64,000 nt of DNA from Diplonema japonicum (lineage: Eukaryota; Protista; Euglenozoa: Diplonemea), in assembly GCA_964019335.1 (NCBI GenBank), contig OZ025654.1:807494-871493 (forward strand), read 5' to 3'. The notes under the pieces were generated by a model. The model did not search any database and had not been told where the DNA came from. It saw nothing but the letters and a program-made list of their open reading frames with translations. Shown here one piece after another: positions 10,613-21,927 of this stretch; within the stretch, counting starts at the first letter, position 1, and the number at the start of each line of letters is the position of its first letter. The position numbers and the translations under genes are program-made.

Positions 10613-12652
10613 ATGCTGTTGCTTGTGACGTTAAGCTTATCCACAGCAGCAATGGTCACACACCCCCGCCTCCGCAATGCTGGTGTAATCGAGTATCTAG
10701 CAAGCACAGACGCAACACCCCGCTACTTGCGCAAGGAGTGGCGTATGGACTGCCCGTCGCTTGTGCACTTTGAATGGGACAAGTTCGAGCTTGACGGTGG
10801 GCACGACTTCCTGGCCATCCACCACGCCGAGGGGACCTACGAGGTTACAGCAGGCACCGTCGGCACGCTCGAAGGGCCCATCTCATTGGAATTCTCTACA
10901 GAAGGTTCCGGCAGGTCTAGTTTCCGTCTTCACTGGTCGTGCGTGGCTGCACCTCCTGCTTCGCTTCTACCTGCCCTCCCACGCTCCTCCTCCTCCAGCT
11001 CCTCGTCACCTGCAACAGTCCTCTCTGGTCGGAACGGCGAGCTTGACTACCCCGGGTCGGGGGCTGTGAACAAGAACAACGCGCGTGCGGAGTGGGAGAT
11101 CGGGTGCACGGAGCGGGTGTACCTCTCGTGGAAGCGGTTCGACATGGAGGACAAGTTCGACACGCTGCGGATCAAGCACGGGAGGGGGGAGACGTACGAG
11201 GTGACGGGGCGGAGCCAGGCGAGCGTGCTGCAGGGGCCCTTGGTGCTCGCGTTCACGAGCGACTACGCGGTGCAGAAGACCGGGTTCAGCTTTCGATGGT
11301 CGTGCGGGGAGGAGATTGTGCCGCCTGCTGTGGGGGAGGGGGCGACAGGGTGGATCAAATACCCGGAGCAGGGGGAGGTGTACCCGAACAACGACCACCG
11401 GGAGTGGCACGTGAACTGCCGGGACTCGGTGGAGCTGGCGTGGGAGACGTTCGACGTGGAGGACGGCTACGACTTCCTGAGGATCCACCACAGGCACGGG
11501 ACCTACGAGACGCCGCGCTGGTGGTGGGACCTCGACACCGTGTTCCAGGGCCCTCTGAAGTTCGTCTTTGTCAGCGACTCCGACATCGCGATGGAAGGGT
11601 TCTCTGTGCGCTGGACCTGTGGGAAGGGGGACAAGGAGGACAAGAACAAGAACAAGAGCGAGGGAGGGGCAGAGGCGGAAACAGAGAAGCAGATCCGACA
11701 GGACGCGGAGGAGAAGGAGCTGGCGAAGAAGCGGGCGGTAGAGGCAGTGGTGCACAGGGACCACCTCGGATGCTTCAAGGCGGAGCCGATGTTCCTGACG
11801 GAGCAGGCCGGGAAGGGGACAGCGGAGACGCCTGCGGAGTGTGTGTCGACGTGCACGGACATGGAGTACGACTACGCGGGGCTGCTGGAGGGGAAGGAGT
11901 GCTGGTGCGGGCACGGGACGGAGAAGTCGGTGAAGACGGCGACGGCGGAGTGCGACATGCAGTGCAGCGGGGACAGCGGGGAGAGGTGCGGTGGGAGGTC
12001 GCGGTTGAGCCTGTACTCCCTGCAGGGGACGGTGGAGGAGGAGGAGGAGAAGAAGAAGCAAGAAGCAACACCCTTGCTGCGGGTAGGGTGCTTCAAGGAG
12101 AAGGAGACGGCGAAGGTGTTGAACCGGTTGGCCTACTCGAGCGGGTCGAACACGGCGGAGGAGTGCGTGTCGGCGTGCCTCTGGAACGGGTTCCAGTACG
12201 CGGGGGTGGAGGCGGGAGAGGAGTGCTGGTGCGGAGACGGGGTGGCGGGGGCGGAGCGCACGGCAACGACGGAGTGCGACCTCCCCTGCCCCGGGGACGA
12301 GAGCCAGTGGTGCGGGGACGGGCACAGGTCTTTGGTGTTCGCGACGGACAAGAGCAAGGCTGCCCCGACGACGGCACCTGCGGTGAAGTTCGAAGGCTGC
12401 CACGCTTACAGCGAGCTGCCCGTCCTCGCCTACAGGTCCCGGAAAGGAAACACAGTCGAGGAGTGCACCGCCACCTGCTTCCACAACGGCTACACCTACG
12501 CTGGGCTGCAGTACAGGAGCGAGTGCTGGTGCGGGAACAGCCTCTCCTCCAACACGAAGGTCGCCGACAACATGTGCCGCATGCCCTGCAGCGGTGACTC
12601 CTCCCAGAGCTGCGGCGGCGCCCACAGGGACTCTGTCTACAGCAAGGCTTGA
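10613..12652 (+). CDS. Secreted protein with 3 CUB-like and 3 WSC domains, copy 1 (679 aa)
   Basis: Signal peptide MLLLVTLSLSTAA, three CUB-like repeats (LDYP..W.I.C..W..FD.E..D.L..F.SD..GF..WSC), a charged linker, then three WSC repeats (GCF..EC...C...YAG...ECWCG..C...C.GD...CG). Confidence 0.88.
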   Translation: MLLLVTLSLSTAAMVTHPRLRNAGVIEYLASTDATPRYLRKEWRMDCPSLVHFEWDKFELDGGHDFLAIHHAEGTYEVTAGTVGTLEGPISLEFSTEGSGRSSFRLHWSCVAAPPASLLPALPRSSSSSSSSPATVLSGRNGELDYPGSGAVNKNNARAEWEIGCTERVYLSWKRFDMEDKFDTLRIKHGRGETYEVTGRSQASVLQGPLVLAFTSDYAVQKTGFSFRWSCGEEIVPPAVGEGATGWIKYPEQGEVYPNNDHREWHVNCRDSVELAWETFDVEDGYDFLRIHHRHGTYETPRWWWDLDTVFQGPLKFVFVSDSDIAMEGFSVRWTCGKGDKEDKNKNKSEGGAEAETEKQIRQDAEEKELAKKRAVEAVVHRDHLGCFKAEPMFLTEQAGKGTAETPAECVSTCTDMEYDYAGLLEGKECWCGHGTEKSVKTATAECDMQCSGDSGERCGGRSRLSLYSLQGTVEEEEEKKKQEATPLLRVGCFKEKETAKVLNRLAYSSGSNTAEECVSACLWNGFQYAGVEAGEECWCGDGVAGAERTATTECDLPCPGDESQWCGDGHRSLVFATDKSKAAPTTAPAVKFEGCHAYSELPVLAYRSRKGNTVEECTATCFHNGYTYAGLQYRSECWCGNSLSSNTKVADNMCRMPCSGDSSQSCGGAHRDSVYSKA

Positions 12653-13244
12653 TCGTTAGGGTTTGCCGCTCTCTTTCTTCCCCACTTCTCCATTATCAGT
12701 GAATCCCCTCTAGACACATTCCCTTCTATTTCTTTTTTGAAGGGTGGTACCCAAGTGGGACTTGCCCTTTAACATCGCCTTTTTTTCTTGTTTCCCCTTT
12801 TTTTTACAACAAATCAGTCCTGGATCTCATTGTAAATGAGTCCCACGTCTTTCTTTCCGTTCCCAGTGAATAAAAGTTGGCTCAAAAATATTGTTCTTTG
12901 AAGAGAGGGGGTGATATGGGTTCTAAAGTACTTAGAAAAAAACACGAAATTTTTCAAACGACAATTTATTGTGCTTCCGTGCGCATCAGGTTCACTTAGT
13001 ATAATACGAAGGGGCACCTTTCGTATAATTACAATTCGCTTTATTTTTATTTTTAAGAAAGAAAGAAACTGATACATTTCGGTGTGCGGGGGGTGCGCTC
13101 ATCGTTTAAAAATAATAATAATAAAAATAATAATAATAAGATGCTGCACAAACGTTTGCATTTGCGTCCGGCCTTGTTTGAAGGAGGTTGGCTTGCTGTA
13201 AAGACTTCTTTTTTCTTTTCTACTTGACTATGAGCAGACCACCA

Positions 13245-13614
13245 GCCGGTCACTCATAGGTCCCCTTGACGACCAAGACCTGCTCGCGGAGAAGGCCGCA
13301 AGGATGCGATACATCTTGGGTCGCATCCAGAAATGCTCAGCACGCTGTGGAAGGTCAGCCTTCCCCGCCAACGCCAAATCAAGGGTGCATACCCTTCGAC
13401 ATCTTGGGGGCCCGACGGCACACGGCTACAACAGGAGACCACTCTTCTCCTCGAGCCAAACCCCCCTACCTAGCACGACTCCAAGCAATGTTTCTCGCCC
13501 AGATGCCGTCCATCTCATCGCGACAAACAGCCACCGCAGGCACCAGACAGCGTTAGTGTGAATTTCAACCTGAACAGTGAGCACCCCCATGCACACTGAA
13601 ATTTTATCGAGTTT
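13245..13614 (+). mobile_element. 5'-truncated non-LTR retroelement 3' fragment (family L4)
   Basis: Translates as AFPANAKSRVHTLRHLGG...GYNRRPLFSSSQT, matching the C-terminal domain of the LINE fragments at 41708 and 60947. Other copies at 59502-59832 and ~50640-50790. Confidence 0.7.
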
Positions 13615-13983
13615 TCTTTCCGCAAACCCGCAAAAATAGATCGAGTTTTCTTCTTTTTTTTTTTTTCCTCTTTATCTTTCTTTCTTTTGTTTCTCCAATT
13701 ATTCTAATGCAGTTAGAGTAGAAGTGAAACCTGTAACTTGTCAGCCTTTTGTGCCTTGCAGATCATTCCTTCTATTGTTTTGTTTTCTCGCACTTTGCTC
13801 GAGCAAAATACCGAGATTACAAGTCACACTTTTTATTTGTATGTCCCCCCCTTTATCTAAGCAAAAGAAAAGAAAATGAACACGGACAGCATGACTGTTT
13901 GCTCCCACTGTAGGTGAAAACAGCGGCTTTCGCTACATTCCGGCCCCCCTCTCATTTGGAAATAACTGTGAAATATATATTAA

Positions 13984-14301
13984 GGTGGTGGGGATAACAT
14001 GAAAATATAAGAAAAACATCAGATGTATTGTTCGCTGTTGACCTCCTCGTCGGTCATCACCGGTAGCGCCCGAGTGGAAGAACATAATGCAGATGCTCAG
14101 GGTGACGAACAGGCAGCAAACTGCACGAGCGCAGAATCTTGGTTACCCGGGACGCACCGGCTGGGGTTGAGCTGTACACCACACGCATTAAGGACACGAC
14201 GCGGAAAGCAGAAGAAGCTACAACTCGGCCGCGGTGCATCCCCTGTAATCAAGTAGACAGTTCTTGTGCAGGGCGCTGCCAACACCGGCCTCCTTTAACT
14301 C
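13984..14301 (+). repeat. SINE-like dispersed repeat family A (~320 bp)
   Basis: Starts GGTGGTGGGGATAAC and ends CCTCCTTTAACTC followed by (AT)n. Copies at 14498-14676, 40805-41000, 57514-57770 and 62053-62368; fragments near 48900, 50080, 3070 and 63345. Confidence 0.8.
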
Positions 14302-14379
14302 ATATATATATATATTTTTTTTTTCTCTTTTTTTTTTCTTCTTTTTCTTTTGTAATCAAGTAGACAGTTCTAGTAGTGC

Positions 14380-14478
14380 AAGAACGAGTCTTTGACTTGT
14401 CTAAACAAAAGGGGAACGTTGGCAACGTGTTTCGGGTTCAAACTTCTCCTGGTTTTACCGGCACGTACAACAACGGCC
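14380..14478 (+). repeat. Dispersed repeat B (probable retroelement 3' tail)
   Basis: AAGAACGAGTCTTTGACTTGTCTAAAC...CGTACAACAACGGCC followed by a T-tract. Also at ~63675-63780, with partial copies at ~56580-56643 and ~48530-48572. Confidence 0.65.
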
Positions 14479-14497
14479 CTCTTTTTTTTCCCCCCCC

Positions 14498-14676
14498 GGT
14501 GGTGGGGATAACATGAAAATATAAGAAAAACATGATGACCTCCTCGTCGGTCATGCTCAGGGTGACAACAGGCAGCAAACTGCACGAACACAGAATCTCT
14601 CGGCCGCGGCGCGCCCCCTGTAATCAAGTAGACAGTTCTTGTGCAGGGCGCCGCCAACACCGGCCTCCTTTAACTC
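14498..14676 (+). repeat. Family A repeat, internally deleted copy
   Basis: Same ends as 13984-14301, with internal deletions. Confidence 0.75.
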
Positions 14677-15050
14677 ATATATACATTTAAATATATATAT
14701 ATTTTTTTTTACTCCTCATCTCTAAAACCTTTTTGGCACTTGTGTCGGGGCGTCCTAAAGAGCCGCGTTCAAGGGAGGTTTAAACCATGTCAAATTTTAA
14801 GTTTTTCGGAAAAATTCAGAAGGTACAGGGAGACAACAGGCCAGGTACCAAACTGTGGTCACCTTTTTTAAAAATGCAAAGTACTGTAAAACAAAAATCC
14901 ACCGGAAGAAAAAAAGGGAAACGGAAACGGAAACGTTTCCACGTTTCCTTACGTTTCCATAAGAATTTTGAAAAGTATGGAAACGGAAACGTTTCCACGT
15001 TTCCTGCCAGCGTAGCCAGAAGGAAACGTGTTTCCCTAAACACTGTAAAA

Positions 15051-15088
<38 letters not shown>

Positions 15089-15766
15089 GGAAGATAAAAT
15101 GTCCAGACCGCCGAAACATCCTGCGATTTTTTTCTTCCGGACATATATATATATATATATATATATGGACATTTCTTTTTTCTTTTTTTTTGGGGGGGGG
15201 GGGGGGGGGCACTTTTCTATTAACTGCTTCTACAGAAGTAGTTTAAGGGGTAAATAAGAAAAAAAAAAAAAGAAGAAAAAAAAAGAAGAAACTTCGTCTC
15301 TTCCAGTTGCCTCAAGTGATGGGGCTTCACGTTGTTGCTTTGCTTTGCTTTGCTTTTTTTTTTTTTTTTTTTTTTTTTTTTCCCGATAAGAAACCAAGGT
15401 AAGTGATTTATCGAGGTGGACCTCCAGACATTCGCAGCGGCGGCTATATGTGCTGGAACAAAATGCTTTGGCACAGAAAGAGAAGAAAAGAGATTTCCCA
15501 GTCTATTGACACCCCAGTCTCTTTCTTTTTCTTTTTCTCGCCTAGCTTCTCCTCCCATCCCTACCATCATCAATGGAGATGGTGATTCTATCTGTCTCGC
15601 CGAAAGGACAAAAGCAATCCCCCACAACCAACCTTCCCATTTTTATTCATTCAATTCTTAATCTTGATTCTGTTTTTGATTCTTCTTCTTCATCTTCATT
15701 CTTCCCCACAGGCTTTTTTTTTAAATAAATAAATAAATAAATAAAAAAAAAAAACGAGAAAATAAA

Positions 15767-17806
15767 ATGCTCTTCCTTGTAGCAACTCTGTTAACGAGTG
15801 CCGTTTCAACAACTGTCGTTCTTTTGGAAGGAACACAGGGTGTCCTAGAGTACCCCAGGAAAGGCGTCTCGCGACCGATAAACGACCGCAAGGAGTGGCT
15901 CGTGGACTGCCCGTCGCTTGTGCTCTTTGAATGGGACAAGTTCGAGCTTGACGGTGGGCACGACTTCCTGATGCTCCGCCACGCTGAGGGGACCTACGAA
16001 GTGACGGGTGGTACTAAGGGAACACTGCAAGGCCCTGTGTCGTTAGTTTTTTCCAGTGATCGTGAAAGCAGGTCCGGCTTCAAAATACGTTGGTCTTGCA
16101 TCCCTGTACCCTCGAAGTCACCCCCACGCAACTCTTCTACCTCTTCCTCCAGCTCCTCGTCACCTGCAACAGTCCTCTCTGGTCGGAACGGCGAGCTTGA
16201 CTACCCCGGGTCGGGGGCTGTGTACAAGAACAACGCGCGTGCGGAGTGGGAGATCGGGTGCACGGAGCGGGTGTACCTCTCGTGGAAGCGGTTCGACATG
16301 GAGGACAAGTTCGACACGCTGCGGATCAAGCACGGGAGGGGGGAGACGTACGAGGTGACGGGGCGGAGCCAGGCGAGCGTGCTGCAGGGGCCCTTGGTGC
16401 TCGCGTTCACGAGCGACTACGCGGTGCAGAAGACCGGGTTCAGCTTTCGATGGTCGTGCGGGGAGGAGATTGTGCCGCCTGCTGTGGGGGAGGGGGCGAC
16501 AGGGTGGATCAAATACCCGGAGCAGGGGGAGGTGTACCCGAACAACGACCACCGGGAGTGGCACGTGAACTGCCGGGACTCGGTGGAGCTGGCGTGGGAG
16601 ACGTTCGACGTGGAGGACGGCTACGACTTCCTGAGGATCCACCACAGGCACGGGACCTACGAGACGCCGCGCTGGTGGTGGGACCTCGACACCGTGTTCC
16701 AGGGCCCTCTGAAGTTCGTCTTTGTCAGCGACTCCGACATCGCGATGGAAGGGTTCTCTGTGCGCTGGACCTGTGGGAAGGGGGACAAGGAGGACAAGAA
16801 CAAGAACAAGAGCGAGGGAGGGGCAGAGGCGGAAACAGAGAAGCAGATCCGACAGGACGCGGAGGAGAAGGAGCTGGCGAAGAAGCGGGCGGTAGAGGCA
16901 GTGGTGCACAGGGACCACCTCGGATGCTTCAAGGCGGAGCCGATGTTCCTGACGGAGCAGGCCGGGAAGGGGACAGCGGAGACGCCTGCGGAGTGTGTGT
17001 CGACGTGCACGGACATGGAGTACGACTACGCGGGGCTGCTGGAGGGGAAGGAGTGCTGGTGCGGGCACGGGACGGAGAAGTCGGTGAAGACGGCGACGGC
17101 GGAGTGCGACATGCAGTGCAGCGGGGACAGCGGGGAGAGGTGCGGTGGGAGGTCGCGGTTGAGCCTGTACTCCCTGCAGGGGACGGTGGAGGAGGAGGAG
17201 GAGAAGAAGAAGCAAGAAGCAACACCCTTGCTGCGGGTAGGGTGCTTCAAGGAGAAGGAGACGGCGAAGGTGTTGAACCGGTTGGCCTACTCGAGCGGGT
17301 CGAACACGGCGGAGGAGTGCGTGTCGGCGTGCCTCTGGAACGGGTTCCAGTACGCGGGGGTGGAGGCGGGAGAGGAGTGCTGGTGCGGAGACGGGGTGGC
17401 GGGGGCGGAGCGCACGGCAACGACGGAGTGCGACCTCCCCTGCCCCGGGGACGAGAGCCAGTGGTGCGGGGACGGGCACAGGTCTTTGGTGTTCGCGACG
17501 GACAAGAGCAAGGCTGCCCCGACGACGGCACCTGCGGTGAAGTTCGAAGGCTGCCACGCTTACAGCGAGCTGCCCGTCCTCGCCTACAGGTCCCGGAAAG
17601 GAAACACAGTCGAGGAGTGCACCGCCACCTGCTTCCACAACGGCTACACCTACGCTGGGCTGCAGTACAGGAGCGAGTGCTGGTGCGGGAACAGCCTCTC
17701 CTCCAACACGAAGGTCGCCGACAACATGTGCCGCATGCCCTGCAGCGGTGACTCCTCCCAGAGCTGCGGCGGCGCCCACAGGGACTCTGTCTACAGCAAG
17801 GCTTGA
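15767..17806 (+). CDS. Secreted protein with 3 CUB-like and 3 WSC domains, copy 2 (679 aa)
   Basis: Signal peptide MLFLVATLLTSAVS. Identical to copy 1 from 16145 onward except for one substitution. Confidence 0.9.
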   Translation: MLFLVATLLTSAVSTTVVLLEGTQGVLEYPRKGVSRPINDRKEWLVDCPSLVLFEWDKFELDGGHDFLMLRHAEGTYEVTGGTKGTLQGPVSLVFSSDRESRSGFKIRWSCIPVPSKSPPRNSSTSSSSSSSPATVLSGRNGELDYPGSGAVYKNNARAEWEIGCTERVYLSWKRFDMEDKFDTLRIKHGRGETYEVTGRSQASVLQGPLVLAFTSDYAVQKTGFSFRWSCGEEIVPPAVGEGATGWIKYPEQGEVYPNNDHREWHVNCRDSVELAWETFDVEDGYDFLRIHHRHGTYETPRWWWDLDTVFQGPLKFVFVSDSDIAMEGFSVRWTCGKGDKEDKNKNKSEGGAEAETEKQIRQDAEEKELAKKRAVEAVVHRDHLGCFKAEPMFLTEQAGKGTAETPAECVSTCTDMEYDYAGLLEGKECWCGHGTEKSVKTATAECDMQCSGDSGERCGGRSRLSLYSLQGTVEEEEEKKKQEATPLLRVGCFKEKETAKVLNRLAYSSGSNTAEECVSACLWNGFQYAGVEAGEECWCGDGVAGAERTATTECDLPCPGDESQWCGDGHRSLVFATDKSKAAPTTAPAVKFEGCHAYSELPVLAYRSRKGNTVEECTATCFHNGYTYAGLQYRSECWCGNSLSSNTKVADNMCRMPCSGDSSQSCGGAHRDSVYSKA

Positions 17807-18362
17807 TCGTTAGGGTTTGCCGCTCTCTTTCTTCCCCACTTCTCCATTATCAGTGAATCCCCTCTAGACACATTCCCTTCTATTTCTTTTTTGAAGGGTG
17901 GCAAGTGGGACTTGCCCTTTAACATCGCCTTTTTTTTTTTAAATTTGTTGGTTCTTCTAATTCGCAGGATTGCCTAAAGGCATCTCGCGGCATGCAGCGA
18001 ATAATAGGGGCAGGGGTACTGTCTTTCTTTGAAATGTTTTTTAGCGGCCGTTGCCAACCACTTCGTTCCTATCATAGTGAGTTTTCTTTTTCCTCTATTT
18101 TTAACAAAGATACTGTGGATACGAATTAATTGCATTTGGAGATGATTTAGAGATATTTGAAAAGAGGGTTGCCGCTCCAAATGCTGAAAAAAAACCCTTT
18201 TTGTTTTTTTGAAAGGCCCCCCCCCCCCCATTTGTTCCTCTTTTTTTAAAAAAGAATTAACGTAAACTGCTTCCCCCCCCCCCTAATTATTTTCGAAAAG
18301 TACAAGGCTTCACTACTTTTAAAGGAATTAAAAAAGACAAGAAGAGTGGGAGAATTGAATAT

Positions 18363-18577
18363 GAGCCGCCCGGCCGGATTAAAATGTCAATACCTTTTTT
18401 TTTTTTTTTTTTGGGGCTTTTTAAGGGCAGTATTTTCCCAACCCCATTTTAATAGTGGAGAACCTAAATAACCCCTTAAGTTTCACAGATTTTCCGTCTG
18501 CGTCCATTCCTTCTCGCTTTTCGTTGATTCATTTGAAATAAGATATAGAGTCTGGGTTATTTACAATTTTCGAATGC

Positions 18578-18610
<33 letters not shown>

Positions 18611-18802
18611 CCATATTAAAAAGCATATTTTTTGCACGCCGTTTTAAAAATGAAACAAACGGGGCGCATTGTGACCAATAATGGTTTTAATAATATGGTT
18701 TTAATAATATGGTTCTTATGGTTTTAATAATGGTTCAGTTTTAGCCATTCTACACAAAAAGTGGTTTTTTACTTGACTCAATAATTTTCTTTGGATGAGC
18801 TC
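18363..18802. mobile_element. Non-autonomous TIR element (GAG...CTC termini, ATAT TSD; Sola-like), degenerate copy
   Basis: ATAT|GAGCC...GAGCTC|ATAT, with internal homology to 46919-47934 and 53804-54641. Confidence 0.7.
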
Positions 18803-19321
18803 ATATATGTATATCAAAAAAAAAAAAAAGAAAATGTTAAAGCGCTCTTTTCGTATGAACATTATTTTTTTTTTTATAAAAAAAAGGAGAACCGCTAACC
18901 CACTCAGTGGAAGTGCTTTCGTCATCAAAAAAAGAAAAAAATGCGGCAAATACCTCCGAGGAAAGGGGTGGTCTTGGATCTATTCCCCCCTCCTTCCCGT
19001 CTTTCTTTCTTCTCTCTTTTTTTTTTCCACTGTCATTTTCTTTTCAAAGGAGCTATCGAACCCTGCCTAGAGCTGCTTCGATGGGACTCCTGTGTGAGGA
19101 TTTGAGCCTTCGTTTTTCTCCTTTATTCCCATTCCGTCTTTTTTGAGGGGGGGGGGGGGGGGGGGGTGACATAGATCATTGAACGGCAGGTTCCTCCTTT
19201 CCTTCTTTTAATATTGCGGCTTTGTGAATGGTAGTTGACGCCCCAGGGCACTAAGCTCTCTCCCCCGCTACTTCACGAAAAGACTGATTGTCTGAGGTGA
19301 ATAGATTTTTTTTTTTTTCTA

Positions 19322-21215
19322 ACGCTCCATATTCGCTAAGTGACCCACCAGAACCCGCATTTTGAAGAGCTAAAAAATTTCTAATTGCTTTAGCAACTCC
19401 TGGAACAAGGGGGCCTGGCAAGTGAGCACAGTAACCACTCTACCACACAGGAATTCAAAACTCTGACCCCCCATCTTACTCACGCACCCGTTAGTGGGTG
19501 GAGTAGGTTCCCTTCTTTTCACACCAGATATCCTCTGCGATACACACTCACGACGTGCCTCAGCCCATCAACACTGTGATGAAATAAACACAGAATAAGA
19601 GATGAGATAGAGGAGGTTCCTGTTCTGGAACGTCCTTGTCTACTTATCTCTACTTATCTACCTCTTTCCCTGTTCTCGAAGTCTAGTACGAGTTCCATTG
19701 TGGTGACTCGTCTTCCTCGGTCCATCGTACTACTTCAGCTTCCTGAGCTACTTGATAATGTCTTCTCCGTGCTTCATCATCAGGCTCCCGCTCACATGCT
19801 TCTTCAGCTCCTACCACTCAGGTGGTGCGCATGAGCGTTTCCTTCCGTTATCTGTTCCAGGGGTGCGTCGTGTACGTTTCTAGTACACTGAAGAGTAGGG
19901 GTCACCAGAAAAATCTTTTCTTCAGACGCTTGATCCACCCGAAGTAGAACAGCAGGAAGGGGAGAAGGAGGAGGAAGGGGGAGGAGATACTGATGTCTTC
20001 TTCTTTACTTTCTGTTGTCGCTACTGTCTTTGCTGCTACTGCTGGTGCTGTTGCTGCTGTTACTGTTGTTGCTGCTGCGTTGGGGAGGTTGTCCATGTCC
20101 TCTGTTGTGCCTCGGGTGGCCCTCCTCTGCTTCCTCGGTCTTCTGCTTCTTGAGATGAGGCTGGGGCCATCCTTTGTTTTTGCCTGCTTATGGCACTTCC
20201 ACTGTTCGCGATCCTGTCCATCTGGAGTCCTCGTTGTCTGAGGTTTTTTGTTGGCTGGAAGGGCTTGCTTTCCCTTCGAGTTGCCCGTGTGCTCTCAGGA
20301 GTAGGAAGTATTCTCCGGTCGTCGTCACTGCTTGTTTCATAGTCTCCGTTCCGTCGTCAGGCTGGTCATCAAACCAGGGCACGCGGGTCAAGGATCTTCC
20401 AACGCAAACGTGACCGGTGATCGGTGTAATTCCCACATAAGTACCTTCCAAGCAGAAATAACTTCTGCCCCAAAGGCAACGTCACTTTCAAATGACTATG
20501 CCACTGTGGTGGACGGCGTAGACGCGCATCTGTCTCTTCAACTATAAACTCCCCTACGGAACCCTCTTTGACCTTCTCGTCATCTCCACCCATTTGTATT
20601 TGGTGATTACGGCCGAAGTGCAGAGGACAGGACTGTTATGCTGACTAACAACTAACAATCTTACAATGTTGGGCTGTCCTTCCCTCAAAACTGCACTTTT
20701 CTTCAACTAGACTCCCACAAGCTTACGAAAAGCTTTTGCGGAAACACCGGTTCAGGCTGCCGTTTCTCCCCTGTGGTGAGCCTAAAAAAATCCGCTGGAG
20801 TGGGGTTTGAACCCGCTTCGCCTAGGTACAGGGCAAAGCCCTCCCAACTAGACTACTACGCCTTTGAAAATATTTTCGGCTGAACTACTGGTCAGGAAGA
20901 TGCTGGCTTCTGGGATCGAACCCTGTTAACCATGTTTTTCAAAGGGAAAAGTGCCCAGTTGCAAAAGTTTGGCAAAAATGGCCAAAACTCAAAATGGTGA
21001 CTTCCAAGGTCATTTTGGTTGGCCCCCAATATTTTTTTTTCTTGGAAAATCTTTTTTGGAACTTCCTTGGAACTCACCGTTCTTTCATGTTCGACATATG
21101 GATTTTTTGAAAAAAAAAAATTCAATGAACCTTTGGGCATTTTTGACATTTTTTCCCCTATAGCCATTTATAACCCCTTTGGGACATAGGGCGGGTCACT
21201 TAGCGAATATAGCGT
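19322..21215. mobile_element. TIR-bounded DNA element carrying a nested insertion
   Basis: ~27-bp inverted repeats: ACGCTCCATATTCGCTAAGTGACCCACC and GGCGGGTCACTTAGCGAATATAGCGT. Confidence 0.6.
20794..20862 (-). pseudogene. tRNA-derived sequence (pol III A/B boxes), probably the head of a mobile element
   Basis: The - strand reads GGCGTAGTAGTCTAGTTGG...CTGTACC...GGGTTCAAACCC. A and B boxes are present, but the acceptor stem cannot pair. Confidence 0.55.
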
Positions 21216-21894
21216 AAACAAAAGAAGCAAAAAGAAAAAAAAGAAAAGAAAAAAAGAATTCTTTATGACTATATGTCTTTGTTGTTCGCACGAGCAAAAA
21301 AGGTTTTTTAAAAAGCTGCGAAAGTTTTTTGCTCGGCACAAGTTGCATATAGTTATAAAATCATTTTTTGAAAGATAAATATTTGTAACAAAAAGAAAAA
21401 AAAAAAAGAGTAGCCTTTTCCACTTTGGGTTTTGCTTTTTTTTTTTCCCCCTCTTTCTCTTTTCTCTCTTTTTTTCCCCTTTTTCTTTCCTCTTTTTTTT
21501 TTTTTTATCCGAGTGATTTTTTCGTTGATAAGCCCCCCCCCTTTTTTTTAAATTCTACCGTAATTAGAAACCCCCCCTTCCCAAAAACTATTTTTCTGCA
21601 TCGAAACGTCGACCGAGATGCATTCTATGGCTACAAGTGTTCAATATCAAAACAAGGAACCGATATTACTGAAAAGAAAGAAAGAACTCCCTTCCCCTCC
21701 TTTTTCTTTTCTTTCTTTTGTAGCACCAGAAGAATTTTCTCCTCCCCTCCCACAGAAGCACATCGTTAAAAATAAGAATTTTCCCCCCTTCAAAATACGT
21801 TCTGTTTTGATATGGTCGGTCCTTTGTGTGAACAAAATAAGAATTGAAAATTGCAGTGAATTTGCAAACAGATAGTAGGTGCAGAACGTGTTCG

Positions 21895-21927
<33 letters not shown>

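Noticed and set aside
11006-12625. Long overlapping ORFs (539 aa on -, 501 aa on +; repeated at 16160-17779), and similar ones over metK and the cyclase
   Set aside because: These are shadow frames of GC3-rich real genes, with no domain motifs.
13980-14301. Family A as a Kolobok/TTAA DNA transposon
   Set aside because: TTAA precedes only some copies, terminal complementarity is very short, and conservation extends past the 3' TTAA and is shared with LINE tails.
20794-20862. Functional tRNA-Tyr(GTA)
   Set aside because: The acceptor stem does not pair and the other stems are imperfect.
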